37,898 bases of DNA from Octopus sinensis (taxonomy: Eukaryota). Made by a program: the position numbers and the translations under genes. The stretch lies in NCBI RefSeq assembly GCF_006345805.1, contig NW_021832754.1, positions 1 to 37,898 on the forward strand. Reading direction: 5' to 3'. Under the pieces are notes generated by a model. That model was given only the letters and a program-made list of their open reading frames with translations. It was not told where the DNA came from and searched no databases. Shown piece by piece: positions 11,852-24,444 of this stretch. Each line of letters begins with the position of its first letter. Position 1 is the stretch's first letter.

Positions 11852-12242
11852 TTGGAAGCACTCCGTCGGTTACGACGACGAGGGTTCCGGTTGATCCGAA
11901 TCAACGGAACAGCCTGCTCGTGAAATTAACGTGCAAGTGGCTGAGCACTCCACAGACACACGTGTACCCTTAACGTAGTTCTCGGGGATATTCAGCGTGA
12001 CACAGAGAGTGACAAGGCCGGCCCTTTGAAATACAGGTACAACAGAAACAGGAAGTAAGAGTGGGAGAAAGTTGTGGTGAAAGAGTACAGCAGGGATCAC
12101 CACCATCCCCTGGAGCCGGAGCCTCGTGGAGCTTTAGGTGTTTTCGCTCAATAAACACTCACAACGCCCGGTCTAGGAATCGAAACCGTGATCCTACGAC
12201 CGCGAGTCCGCTGGCCTAACCACTGGGCCACTGCGCCTCCAC
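11852..12242 (-). mobile_element. Full-length tRNA-derived SINE, family B, with 11-bp TSD
   Basis: tRNA-like head with A box (tggcccagtggtt) and B box (ggtttcgattcc); TSD agaaatagagt at 11841-11851 and 12243-12253. Confidence 0.95.
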
Positions 12243-12464
12243 AGAAATAGAGTATCAGGGAGGGAAAGAGAGAAAAAGAGAGAGGGAAGAAGGCAAAAGA
12301 GAGACAAAGAAGGACGAAGAGACAGAAATAGACGTCGCACAATAATATTCTAATGAGTAAAAAAAAACAAAAAAAACAGGAGTGAGTAGCGTACACATAA
12401 AGATTTCAAAAATTTAACTAGAATACAAACGGGAAAATTTACGAAGACATAACATACAGAAACT

Positions 12465-12602
12465 CCGTAGCTAGTTCCTCATCAATCAACATCTAAAAGA
12501 TCCTTGCAATGCGCGCCTTTAACGTTGATTTATTCACTTTTGGTGGTGCCGGTGGCGATATAAATGCACCCACTACCGCTTTGTATAGTTTAGCAAAAGC
12601 AC
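12465..12602 (-). ncRNA. Degenerate copy of the type 3 reverse-order hammerhead-like motif
   Basis: Homologous to 11574-11660, but the core is mutated (UUGAUGA; GCA in place of GAAA). Confidence 0.5.
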
Positions 12603-12790
12603 AATGTACTATATATCGATGTTTTTTCTTTAGTTTATTAAAAGAAAAATCATCGTTTCCTTTCTGCATTATAATTACTCTAGAATTTTGCACATATCCA
12701 GTCTCTTACTTAATTCATCAGTTGTTCACTGTCGAACCGCTAGTTCACGGAACAGAAATACAACATAAATGACTGCAAATACTAAATGTA

Positions 12791-12821
<31 letters not shown>

Positions 12822-13516
12822 GCTCATATGTACACACATGCACACACATGCATACGCACATATATGTGTGTGCGTATGTGTGTGTATGTGAATAGAAAGA
12901 CAGATATAAATAACTTGATAGATGCATACGACTATGCTAGATAGCGAACGGGGCGATAACGGAAAGGGCATTTGTGAATAAGAGAGAGAAAGATATATAT
13001 ATATATATAAATGAGGGAAAGAGTAGAAAATATCAAAGATTTGGAACAACTGCGAAAGACATGATGTGGAAAGAAATGAGTTGATAAATAAACGGAAGGC
13101 GAAGAGGGAGAGAATGTAGTAGGGAGAGTAATTGTGGTGAAGAGGAATAGGTAGAAGGATTTACATGAAGACAGAAGGTAGAAGGAAAAGAAAAACAGAA
13201 AAATACGTGTGTGTGCATTTACGCACGCGCTCACATACAAATATATTTACACATGCACACACACACATTTTTCTTATCTTCTCTCAATTATTGGACTGCG
13301 GCCATGCTGGGAGGTGAGGGTTGGATTATGATCAGGGTTGGATTAAGATCCATAGAGGCCTTAAGCTCTTAAAAGATTCTGGTGCCCCGCCTCCATATAT
13401 ATGCAATTCAAAATATAAACAATAATAAATTATAAAATAAATTTTTAATTTTTTTAAATGAAACAAAGCTAACAGCAGGATGAAAAACAGCGTTCCTTTT
13501 TATATACTTCCACTTT

Positions 13517-13900
13517 GTGGAGGCGCAATGGCCCAGTGGTTAGGGCAGCGGACTCGCGGTCATAGGATCACGGTTTCGATTCCCAGACCGGGCGTTGTGA
13601 GTGTTTATTGAGCGAAAACACCTGAAGCTCCACGAGGCTCCGGCAGGGGATGGTGGTGATCCCTGCTGTACTCTTTCACCACAACTTCCTCTCACTCTTA
13701 TTTCCTGTTTCTGTTGTGCCTGTATTTCAAAGGGCCGGCCTTGTCACTCTCTGTGTCACGCTGAATATCCCCGAGAACTACGTTAAAGGTACACGTGTCT
13801 GTGGAGTGCTCAGCCACTTGCACGTTAATTTCACGAGCAGGCTGTTCCGTTGATTCGGATCAACCGGAACCCTCGTCGTCGTAACCGACGGAGTGCTTCC
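13517..13900 (+). mobile_element. Full-length tRNA-derived SINE, family B, with 13-bp TSD
   Basis: gtggaggcgcaatggcccagtggttaggg...ggtttcgattcc; TSD atacttccacttt at 13504-13516 and 13901-13913; highly similar to 11852-12242. Confidence 0.95.
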
Positions 13901-14044
13901 ATACTTCCACTTTATTTATATTCGAAAACCCTTTCTCATCCCTTTTTTTAATTGCAAAGTTTTTGATCAAACTCTCACTATAACACCATGAACACTACGA
14001 AATTATATTTCCAATCATATAAACCACTTCGAATATCATTTTAG

Positions 14045-14416
14045 TGATTTCTTTTGTGCCGTAACCATTTACGCTGGGTAACGCTATGACATATATTTAG
14101 TCAAATAAATCGACCCCCGTACATATTTTTAAAGCCTAGCACTTATTCTTTCGGATTCTTTTTAACGAACGGCTAAGTTACGGGAACGTAAATAACCATA
14201 ACAAATGATCAAATGATGGTAGGGAACAAAGATAAATTCAGATATACGCATGAGCGCGCGCGCACACACACACACATGTATTTTACTGGGGAACACCGGT
14301 TTATAGGATTACCCTGGGTTTCCGCCCATGAAGAGTTTAACTTTATGGCGCATCATCAGGCTCTAAAACCTGTTGGCCAAAGACCTCTAAATATATATAT
14401 ATATACACACACACAC

Positions 14417-14454
<38 letters not shown>

Positions 14455-14706
14455 CATATACATCTATATATATATATGTACTGCTCTACATCTTAGAGTG
14501 TGCTTTTCTTCTCCGGATTTACGTTTTCTACAAACATTATATATACGACAAGATTATTTTAGTTTCCGCTTACCAGATCCAATCACAAGTATTTGGTCCA
14601 GCACATTTCTATGGCTCAAGGCACTTGTTAAAGAAGCTACGTAGTAGAACTGAACCCGAAACTATGTTCTTGGAAAGCAAACTTTTTACCATAACAGCCA
14701 TGCCCG
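14045..14706 (-). mobile_element. Decayed, interrupted tRNA-derived SINE, family C
   Basis: 14555-14706 matches the family-C head in reverse complement (ctgaacccgaaactatg...ttaccataacagccatgcc); 14100-14200 matches its 3' part (aaatcgacccc...cctagcacttattct...gctaagttacggg). Confidence 0.7.
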
Positions 14707-14914
14707 GCTAGATTATGGTATACACACAACACACAACACATATATATTATATATACATATATTGTATGTATGTATATATGTACGTATATAATATTAATAT
14801 ATATATATATATATATAATATATATTATAATATATACATCTATATATGTACATATATAATACATATATACATAACACAATTCCCTATACACACACTCATA
14901 TACATGCAAATATA

Positions 14915-15040
14915 CATACATACACTCACATACATACATACGTACATACATACACATACATACATACATACATACATACATACAAACATACATACATGCA
15001 TGCATACATACATACATACATGCATACATACATGCATACA

Positions 15041-15074
<34 letters not shown>

Positions 15075-15095
15075 CATACATACAGACATATGCAC
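14915..15095. repeat. Imperfect (CATA)n microsatellite
   Basis: Direct reading. Confidence 0.9.
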
Positions 15096-15352
15096 ATACT
15101 TAGAAGGCGAGGAAGAAATTCCATCAAGATGGAATTAAGTGTTAAGAAATGTCGAATATTTTACAAAAATATGTTATAAAAATATAACTATATTTACGAG
15201 AAAACTTGAAAGAGAATGTGCGTGTGTTTGGGTGTGTGTCTGTGTGAGTGTGTATGTGTGTATATATATGTATATATATTTGTACATATATATATATATA
15301 TATGTATATTATGTGTATATATGTATATATATATGTGGTGTGTGTGTTTGGG

Positions 15353-15398
<46 letters not shown>

Positions 15399-15767
15399 GT
15401 ATCTGTGAATATATATGTATATCTAAAGAGAGAGGGAGAGAGAGAATTGGAGAGAGGCTAGAGAAGTTCGAGATATTTTCATGACGATAGGAAATATTTT
15501 ATGTCAGCAACAGAAACCGATTAAAAAATAATTATTTAATTATAAAAATGTTAATTAACTCAGCTTTAATTACTTTGTTAACAATCTGAAATTTTTGACT
15601 GAAAACTAAAATAAATAAAATAAAATAAAATAAAATATTCGACTATTTTATATTATCATAGAAGAGACACCGGTAATAACGTGGTGTAGAGTAACCAAAA
15701 ATATAGCTTTTAATTTATGCTAAGTTTATTCATACTTTCATACATATATGCATACATAATATATAAA

Positions 15768-16209
15768 TAGGAATGGCTGTGTAGTAAGTAGCTTGCTAAC
15801 CAACCACATGGTTCCGGGTTCACTCCCACTGCGTGGCATCTTGGGCAAGTGTCTTCTGCTATAGCCCCGGGCCGACCAATGCTTGTGAGTGGATTTGGTA
15901 GACGGAAAACTGAAAGAAGCCTGTCGTATATATGTATGTATTATTATATATATATATATATATATATATTATATCTATATATATATGTATGTGTGTCTGT
16001 GTTTGTACCCCTAGCATTGTTTGACAGCCGATGATGGTGTGTTTACGTCCCCGTCACATAGCTGTTCGGCAAAAGAGGACCGATAGAATAAGTACTGGGC
16101 TTACAAAGAATAAGTCCCGGGGTTGATTTGCTCGACTAAAGGCGGTGCTCCAGCATGGCCGCAGTCAAATGACTGAAACAAGTAAAAGAGTAAAAGAGTA
16201 AAAAAAGAG
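15768..16209 (+). mobile_element. Full-length tRNA-derived SINE, family C (CORE-like centre, internal TA/TG microsatellite)
   Basis: A box tggctgtgtagtaag, B box gggttcactccc, CORE-like gcatcttgggcaagtgtctt, and tail (gtaaaaga)n. Confidence 0.9.
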
Positions 16210-16247
16210 TATACATACACACACACACACACACATACATATACATA

Positions 16248-16838
16248 GGCGTAGGAGTAGCTGTGTAGTAAGAAGCTTGCTGTAGTAAGAAGGCGGCGAG
16301 CTGGTAGAAACGTTAGCACACCCGGCGAAATGCTTAGCGGTATTTCGTCTGTCTTTATGTTCTGAGTTCAAATTCCGCCGAGGTCGACTTTGCCTTTCAT
16401 CCTTTCGGGGTCGATAAATTAAGTACCAGCTACGCACGGGGGTCGATGTAATCGACTTAATACCTAGTCTGTCCTTGTTTGTCCCCTCTATGTTAGCCCC
16501 TTGTGGGTAATAGAAAATAGGTATTTCGTCTGTCTTTACGTTCTGAGTTCAAATTCCGCCGAGGTCGACTTTGCCTTTCATCCTTTCGGGGTCGATAAAT
16601 TAGTACCAGAGTACGTCTTACGGGATCAATGTATCGACTTAATCCCGTTGTTTGTCCTTGTTTGTCCCCTCTATGTTTAGCCCTTGTGAGCAATAAAGAA
16701 ATAAGAAATAAGAAGCTTTCTTCCCAACCACATGGTTCCGGGTTCAGTCCCACTGCGTTGTACCTTGGGCAAGTGACTTCTACTAGAGCCTCAGGCCGAC
16801 CAAAACCTTGTGAGTGGATTTGGTAAACTGAAAGAAGC
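16248..16838 (+). mobile_element. Family C SINE head interrupted by a tandem dimer of family A SINE
   Basis: Family-C head to ~16291; family A full copy ~16291-16520 plus 5'-truncated copy ~16520-16709; family C resumes at taagaagctttcttcccaacc. taagaag occurs on both sides of the insert. Confidence 0.85.
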
Positions 16839-16878
16839 ACTGTTAGTACGTCACGCTTTCAAGCAATTTATTTCATTC

Positions 16879-16923
<45 letters not shown>

Positions 16924-16944
16924 CCTCTCTCTCTCTCTCTCTGT

Positions 16945-18210
16945 GAACAAATTGAAGTCCTGTGCCTTGTCTGGTCGAATTTTCCTTCAACTCTGTCTGA
17001 GAAACTATGAGGACCATACTAAATTCTTATACCATACGAAGTGCGGTGGCTGTCAAAAGGAAACTGTATTTTACGCTTTGTTGAATTGTTTCATATAATC
17101 ATATCTTGCTTTGAAGATACTCCACTATCCACTTCATTGATGGTTGCAAGGTGCGATATCTTTTTCTCTTTGTGATATACTCATAAGATCAAATGATTTG
17201 ACTGAGTTATTGCAAGGAAACAGAAAAACTCTCATTGATTGTAAATCATTTATCACTACGTTCATTTCAAAATTGGTGTTTAAGAGTAACATTTCAAAAC
17301 GTCAATTTCCACAACTTGATTCTTTAAAAGATGAATTGGTTGATGAGGATTTAACTACATATCGCAGCTATTTACAATCATTGCACGATAACATGGTGGA
17401 GCGATTTTAAGATGTTATTGCGCTGAATACTCCAAATTGGTATAGCAATCCGTTTGAGGTAGATGCAATCGATTTCGAGGATGGCGTTCAGGGGGAATTG
17501 ACAGAATTACAAAATGACAATGACACCACAATGCGATGTTGCCTTAATGGCAAAGAAGGTTTGTGGTACCATCAGAGTATAGTGCCCCAGTCTGTGAAAA
17601 CATCTGAAATTATTATTGTTTACCTTTCCTACCTCATACCTGGTTGAATCTGGTTTTAACCATGTTGGAACTTTACTTTCCCATAAAAGAATTGGACTAG
17701 ATGTGACACAACGAGAAGATTTGCAGCTAAAGTTGACAAGTTTGAAACCGAATGTATCTGCACTAGCTGCATCGCACCAGACACATGGTGCTCATTAAAA
17801 ATTTTTATTCTTTTCCTTTATAATTCAACCATTAATTATTTTTGCATCGGTAGTTCTTATCAATGGTTCTTTTGCGAAAATGAAAATCAGTGTAAAAGAG
17901 AGCGCAAGTTTCCAAAAGTTAATCTGTCTGATAAATATAGAGTTAACGTTAGAATTTTATTGAAACTAATGGCAAAACTAAACCCACAATAAAGGATTTG
18001 TAAACAACCGCATATTTAATACCATCGGCACTGACAGGGCAACGAGTCTACGATTATGTGTGTGTGTGTCAAATGATATAGGGGCGGCTAAGGACTTTGT
18101 TCTGGGGAAGTTGTCAGGATTTTTTTTTTTACACAGGTGGGCGATGGAACATTTTTTGGCCGATAGGTGGTTGATATTGCAATTTGGCGCGAAGGGTTTG
18201 GGAAACACTG
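16945..18210 (+). mobile_element. hAT (Buster/Charlie-type) DNA transposon, 5'-truncated, degenerate transposase
   Basis: EVRWLSKGNCILRFVELF at ~17038-17091; C-terminal dimerisation region FPTSYLVESGF..KR..LD..DLQLKLTSLKPNV..HQTHGAH* (ORF 17616..17798); 3' TIR-like gtttgggaaacactg ending at 18210. Confidence 0.9.
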
Positions 18211-18419
18211 CCCAGAAGTATACCAAGCAACATATGATCAACACAACGTGTTGTTTGGACCAGCTCCTAGGCAGTAGATACTCGTAGGGGTGGTTTTCTC
18301 TGTGTGCACAACCTGTACATTCTACTGGATATATTTAATCGACCATAGGTGCTGACCACGGGTTAATCCAATCCTACCTGGTGCATATCATTTAAGAACC
18401 TGATTCTCTCATGAATATT

Positions 18420-18420
<1 letters not shown>

Positions 18421-18469
<49 letters not shown>

Positions 18470-18555
18470 TAATAATAATAATAATAATTATTATTATTAG
18501 TAGTAGTAGTAGTATACACACACACCTATATATATATATGTATGTGTGTGTGTGT

Positions 18556-18594
<39 letters not shown>

Positions 18595-18600
18595 TGTGTA
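18421..18600. repeat. Compound (ATA)n/(TTA)n/(TAG)n/(TG)n microsatellite
   Basis: Direct reading. Confidence 0.95.
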
Positions 18601-19033
18601 AGGAAAGAGTGAAGGGAGAGTTAGGTGGAGGAAAAAAGGGAGCAAGACGGACATTCAGGTTTTCTGTCAGTTGAATTTTGTTGATCGAGGATCAGTCTTA
18701 TCGGTACCTCCAGCTTCTTCTTGTAGTTCGGTTAATCTCTAAAGTGACTATGTGTTTCGTCTTTCGTTGACAATTCTTCATTTTTATCGTCTACAGGTCG
18801 TTCTGTATCCTTGATCTCTTGGTCATTATTTGAATGTTATCTTAGCGCGTTTACGTGTGGATTTTTCTCTCCCAGAGTAGGTGTTTATTTCTCTGTATGT
18901 TTATGTGTTTGTATCTGTGTGGTTGTGTTGATGTATCCGTGTATATGGATGTTTGAATTAGCATTTATGTCTGTATGTATTCATGTATCTAGTTATCTGT
19001 ATGTGTGTGTGTAAATATAGGTATCTGTAAAAT

Positions 19034-19076
<43 letters not shown>

Positions 19077-19089
19077 ATATAAAAATGCA

Positions 19090-19670
19090 TAATGTAAGTG
19101 TAATGAACAAAAAACGAAAATAATATAGGGTTAGCAAATTTAAACAAGTAATCAAGTATTGCATTAGTTAAACATTTAAAAGACGGAAAGAAAAAGGGCC
19201 CTAACGTTTTGGACTTAGGTCCTTCATCAGATGAAAAACATAGGAGGAATGAGAAAGAGGAAAAGTTGTTGAGAAGAAAAGCGAGAGATAAAAAATCGGG
19301 CGAAGAGTTCGGAGCCATATAGGTATCAGACAAGGTATCAGATAAGGCATAAATAAATTTACTGTAATAAATTTGATATTCAGCCGTTTCCAGTAGTCAT
19401 TATAGGTTTGTTATTGATGGGTTTTCTCAATCGGCCGATTGATCAGCTGAGAAAATTGGACAACCCAAACAGTTAATGCTATTTTCATCAGAGTCATTTC
19501 TGTTTATGATCAAGCAGAACACTGAAGGAATGGTACGGGCATAGGCAGAGAAATGAAGAGAGACAATAAGAATAAGTATAAGGTAAGTGAAAGAGAGATA
19601 AAGAGGAAAGGGAGGAATATGAAAGAAAAAAGAGAGGAAGAAATCAGAAGAAGAGAGGAAGAGAGGCATT
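19090..19670 (-). mobile_element. Probable Penelope-like 3' remnant with a degenerate minimal hammerhead (19200-19233)
   Basis: Minus strand: CUGAUGA-A-GGAC-cuaa-GUCC-aAAA-CG-UU (G12 mutated to A), within a pyrimidine-rich UTR-like context. Confidence 0.45.
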
Positions 19671-20123
19671 CGATAGAAAAGGAGGCAGCGTCATAAAACC
19701 ATAAATGTTTGAAAGTGGGTCATCACACACGAAAACATTTATACTATCTACAGGTCGAATACTATCCAGATATTGAGTTGTGATTTGATATAAGCCACTA
19801 ACTCACATGATTTGGTCATTTGCACTATCCCGCAAAGTGAAGGAATTGTATTAGAAAAATGAATGAGAAATCAGCAGTACTATATTATGATGTAAAGGTT
19901 GAAAAATCTTTGGTAAATTTGGGTATTAAAAAAAGATAAAGCGGGAAATGTGAGGTTAAAACCAAAATCAAATATCAAACAAAGTTATTTTAAAATCCAA
20001 ATAAAATTGAAGGCCAAATATAACTTTAAATTAAATTTAAATAGTTATTTTTAAATAACGTTAAAAAGATTAACGTTAGAACTGAGAATTAAAAATTAAC
20101 AAATTAAAATTTAAGCAAATTAC

Positions 20124-20250
20124 AAAAAATTAAAAAATTGGAAAATTTAAATAATTTTAAAAATTAAAAAATTGGAAAATTTAAATAATTTTAAAAATTA
20201 AAAAATTGGAAAATTTAAATAATTTTAAAAATTAAAAAAAATTTAAATAT
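20124..20250. repeat. 35-bp AT-rich minisatellite, ~3.5 copies
   Basis: Unit aaaaattaaaaaattggaaaatttaaataatttta repeated. Confidence 0.9.
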
Positions 20251-20504
20251 AAAAATTATAAATATAAAAATAAAACCAAATAATAATAAGAAATTAAGCG
20301 AAATAAATAAACTGCCAAGGTTGAATCAAACAGCAGTGATGAAGCTAAAACATTCACATTCAAGAATCGTTATTATAAGCACAAGCATTCATTTGTTAAC
20401 CGCAATAGAAAACGTACTACAGCTTTGTTGAAGTTTACATGGTTCTTGCGTGCATACATAAGCACATTATCACAAATCGAATACAAATACAGAGTGTGTA
20501 TTAC

Positions 20505-23475
20505 GTCCAGCCACACGTATTTTTTTATTTGTTTCTTCTAATCTCATTAGTTTTTAAAATTTTTATGATGAACTCGTCCGTCTCTGCTTTAATTTTTATT
20601 CCTTCCAATGTTACAGGCAATTCTTGCACAACATTGCACAATATATTTTTTAAATTTCATTTTCGGCTTTCAGCACCGCTATCAGTGTCTTCTAGTGGTT
20701 CGCTGTATTTTGATATTAACCTTGACAAACCATCTGCAATATTTTCGATGGAAAATACTTCATTTTGAAGTCGTTATTCAGTAAGATTGTTTCCAAGCGC
20801 TGCAATCTGCTGGGTGTATGTGTGAAGATACCCTTTTTTTATCCATAGATCGACAATAATGGGCTGCGGTCTATCTACAAGCGGAACCTTCTTCCATGTA
20901 TAAATTTATGGCATTTTTTTTACCGCAAATATGATGGCTAATGCCTCTTTTTTCTATTTGATTGTGACTTTTCTCAGCCGGCAATAATGAACACGAAGCA
21001 TGAGCTACTGCTTTCATACTACCATCTTCATATTTGTGTAAAATCTTAGTTCTAATACCACTTTCACTAGCATCTGCTGCCACTATCATTTCTAAATTCG
21101 GGTCAAAATGTGATAACGATAATTCCGACGTTAAAATGTTTTTAATTTCTTCAAAAGCTTTTTGGCATTTGTCCGACCAGTTCCACTTAACGTCTTTTTT
21201 TAACAAGTTATTCAGTGATGCTCTTAAATCGTGCCTATTCGGTATGTATACCTGGTAGTAATTTGCGAGCTCCAAAAATGCTTGTAACATTGTAATGTGT
21301 GTCGGAGGAGGCATATTTTTTATTGCGCTTGCCCTAGACGGGTCTGGTCTGCGCCCATTGTCATAAATAATTTGCCCTAGATATTTTATTTTTGGCATAA
21401 AAAATTCGCACTTTTCCTCGCTGAGCTTAAACTCATAATCTTTATTCTTTCGAAGACCTTTTTAACATGCTCAGCATGCTGACCCCGAGGTTCACGTTTT
21501 TATGAGTATGTCGTCAAGGTAAGCTACAGCGAAATCCGAAATTGCAAGCATAATGTCTATAACATGTTGGAAAATGCCAGGTGCTACCTTTATACCAAAG
21601 AGGAGTCGATTAAATTTATACAACCCTTTATGGGTATTTATTGTCAATAATTTTGAACATTCCTCATCGACTTTTACCTGCAAATATGCTTCAGATAGGC
21701 CCAACTTTGAAAAAAAATTTTCATTCATTCACCTTCGTGAAAATTTCTTCTGGAATTAGTAACAAGTAATTATATGACATCAAACATTCTTTTAATACCA
21801 TTGAAAAATCAGCGCATATTCGGATTTTATTATTTTTTTTCTTGACATAACTGTTGGGGACACCCATTTTGTGAAATCAGTTTTTTTTTTATTACACCAA
21901 GCTTTTCAAGTCTGTCCAATTCTTCATTGACTTGTTTCAACGCTGCGAAAGGTATTGTTTGTTTTTATCTAAAAAACCGGTATAGCGTTTTCTTTCACTT
22001 GAAACTTCGACCCTGTTCTGGTGCAAAGACCCAATTCCTCAGAAAAAACTTCCGGAAAATATTTTTTTAATTCTCTTTTTAAATCCTCCGACGCTTTATT
22101 TGTACAGGTGGAAGAAGAATTCACATTTTTACCAAAAATATTTATGGGAGGTCCCATAAGTTAAATAGTTCCATCCAGTCTGTTCCAAATAAATTTGTTG
22201 TATTTTTCAACACAAAAGCTTTGGGGTTCAATGTTTTCCCACGAAATGTAACATTACTTGTCATTTCGCCCATAAAATGCAATTTTTTTCCTGAAACACC
22301 TCACAGAATTTCCGAAGTTTCCTTTAATCTAGGTTTCCCTATTTTTCTCCATGTATCTGTATTAATTATCGTGACATCACTACCCGTATCCAATTGTAAC
22401 TTGATATTCACATTATTCATTTTTATGGGCACAAATTTTCTTTTCTGAGCCTCGTTCAGAATTTTTGTTAACAAAACATTCTTTCTAGGATTTGTTTTGT
22501 TTGACCCTTTTTTTCGTTTTGCTATACAATGTAAGCTTTTATGTCCAATTTTCCCACACTCAAAACGTTTACAATTTTTAAAAGGACAATTACTCCTAAA
22601 ATGTAAACTTCCGCACCCATAGCATGGATTTGGTCTTGATGTTCATTTTTCCTTTTTTTTTATCCGCTTCAGGTCGACACGCATGTATCTGAGAGCAATC
22701 TTTTTCTTCAATTTTATCCGCGTCATGTCTTATAATTTATAATCCTCTGGCATTCTTCAGCCTTAGTTAATTTTTGGTCCTGTTCTAATTTTGTTAATAT
22801 ACGGGAATATATTTCAGCATTTTTTCTTGCAGTTAACCCTTGAACAAAAATTAGACATTTGAAGAAATCCGGGGTTAATTCATTTAATTTGAATGTTCAC
22901 ACTCTCTGTTAACGACCCCCAACATAGGTGACGAAATCTTCATCATCTTTTTAACTAAATTTAAACATTACCAACGAATATTGGACAGGGAACTTCTTTC
23001 ACTAAAAAAATCTCGATAATTAATTAATTGTTTCATCGAAACAAATTTCCACCTGGTTTCTTCGGCAGAATATAATTACAGTGTTTTTCGTGTTCGGCAG
23101 GGGATAACTTTCTTAAAAGTAGTCGCACATTCTTCTCGTCATTCCAATTTTTACAATCCTCTTTGAAGATTTCTTCGTATCTTCTAAAATATGTAGGAAA
23201 AGTAGTACCTTCTTGTGGGTTATAGATAAATTCTCCAATTGAGTTTGCTACGCCGTCCAACGAGAACGAACCTGAATTATTTTCAGACTTCGTCAACATG
23301 ACTTCCGGAATCTGTTGGTATTGTTGTTGCTGCTGTTATTGCTGTTGCAACTGCACCATGCAGCCAGTAAGTCTTCTATGTTAATGATTTTTTCTTTGAT
23401 TCGTACCAAAAAATAAAATAAAATATATATATTTTTAACGTCCGACGCAAGCTTCGAATATCTCGTCGTCACTTT
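20505..23475 (-). mobile_element. Degenerate Ty3/Gypsy LTR retrotransposon (gag, protease, RT, RNase H; integrase missing)
   Basis: PBS-like gtgacgacgaga at 23472-23461; gag ORF 23033..23299; zinc knuckles CYGCGSLHFRSNC and ECGKIGHKSLHC near 22525-22625; protease LQLDTGSDV near 22375-22400; RT AYLDDIL (ORF 21492..21728); RNase H AADASESGI and ADGLSRL (~20740-20720). Confidence 0.93.
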
Positions 23476-23586
23476 TATATCCTAGACAAATGTTAGATAT
23501 ATATATAGTTTAACGATGCGGAGGTAAAATCAATGTGTCTACATGATGTACTTCGCGAGACTCCAAAACACCCTCTCTACGAAAAA

Positions 23587-23817
23587 AATCTCAGCAAAAC
23601 GCCAAAATGTAAAAAATGAGCAAGACAAATGAAAACATACGAAATAAAAACGATTACCTACGTACCATTAGTTTCACTTGCTAATATCTACGTATATAAA
23701 CACGCAGATATCTGCAAGATCATCAGCGTAGCCTGTCGCTTACAAAACACAATTTCCAGAACTTGACACAGAACACTCAACCGAAATCGAAATATATTTT
23801 GGCGTTTTGCTGAGATT
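23587..23817. repeat. Perfect 22-bp inverted repeat pair
   Basis: aatctcagcaaaacgccaaaat (23587-23608) and attttggcgttttgctgagatt (23796-23817). Confidence 0.9.
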
Positions 23818-24000
23818 GTTTTCTTGAGAACACATTCTTCGTGGTAATGGCGATTTGACGTCTATGTTTAGCATATAGGGTGTCCACTTTAGTGGTCATT
23901 CCTCTTAATTTTGTACGTATCACAATTTTTTAATCTTCGGATTTTTAAATATGCTAAGCCACTGGTTTTAATTGATTAACATCAAATTCTACCCTTATTA

Positions 24001-24223
24001 TATTTTCATCATTTCAACTCAGAACGTAAAGAGATGATCCGGTACACTGTAGACTCGACCATATCTCTAGAATATTGAACGAAGGAAGGTGCAACTGATT
24101 TATTTTTGAATTCTACCCATTTAGATGACAAGTAAAAGCGATCTTACTAGCATTCGAACTCCGAATGCAAAAGGACGTAACGAAATACCAGAGGATTTTT
24201 TATGTGATTCCATAAGACTTTTT
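24001..24223. repeat. Left arm of a ~223-bp inverted duplication (partner 26072-26295); contains decayed family A SINE pieces
   Basis: Near-identical reverse complement of 26072-26295. Confidence 0.93.
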
Positions 24224-24304
24224 AACTAAATTTAAACATTACCAACGAATATTGGACAGGGAACTTCTTTCACTAAAAAAATATATATATATGTATATAT
24301 AATA

Positions 24305-24371
<67 letters not shown>

Positions 24372-24444
24372 TAAGGTATGTAGAAAAATACAACATGGAC
24401 AAGAACGTATAACTCATAGAAGACGATACATAAACATGGACAGG

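Noticed and set aside
13517-13590. tRNA gene candidates at SINE heads
   Set aside because: A and B boxes are present but continue into SINE bodies with TSDs; these are tRNA-derived heads, not tRNA genes.
14320-14380. Possible degenerate hammerhead (atgaagag...ctctaaaacc)
   Set aside because: Both core boxes are mutated; too weak to call.
18211-18420. Possible 3' end of another LINE before (TAA)n
   Set aside because: No diagnostic protein motif; only its position before the repeat suggests it.
18645-18745. Possible further reverse-order motif (minus strand ttcaactgacaga...gaatgtcc)
   Set aside because: The 3' end resembles the family, but helices I and III could not be built.
20124-20250. 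CRISPR-like 35-bp periodicity
   Set aside because: Contiguous tandem units without spacers, in a eukaryotic context.
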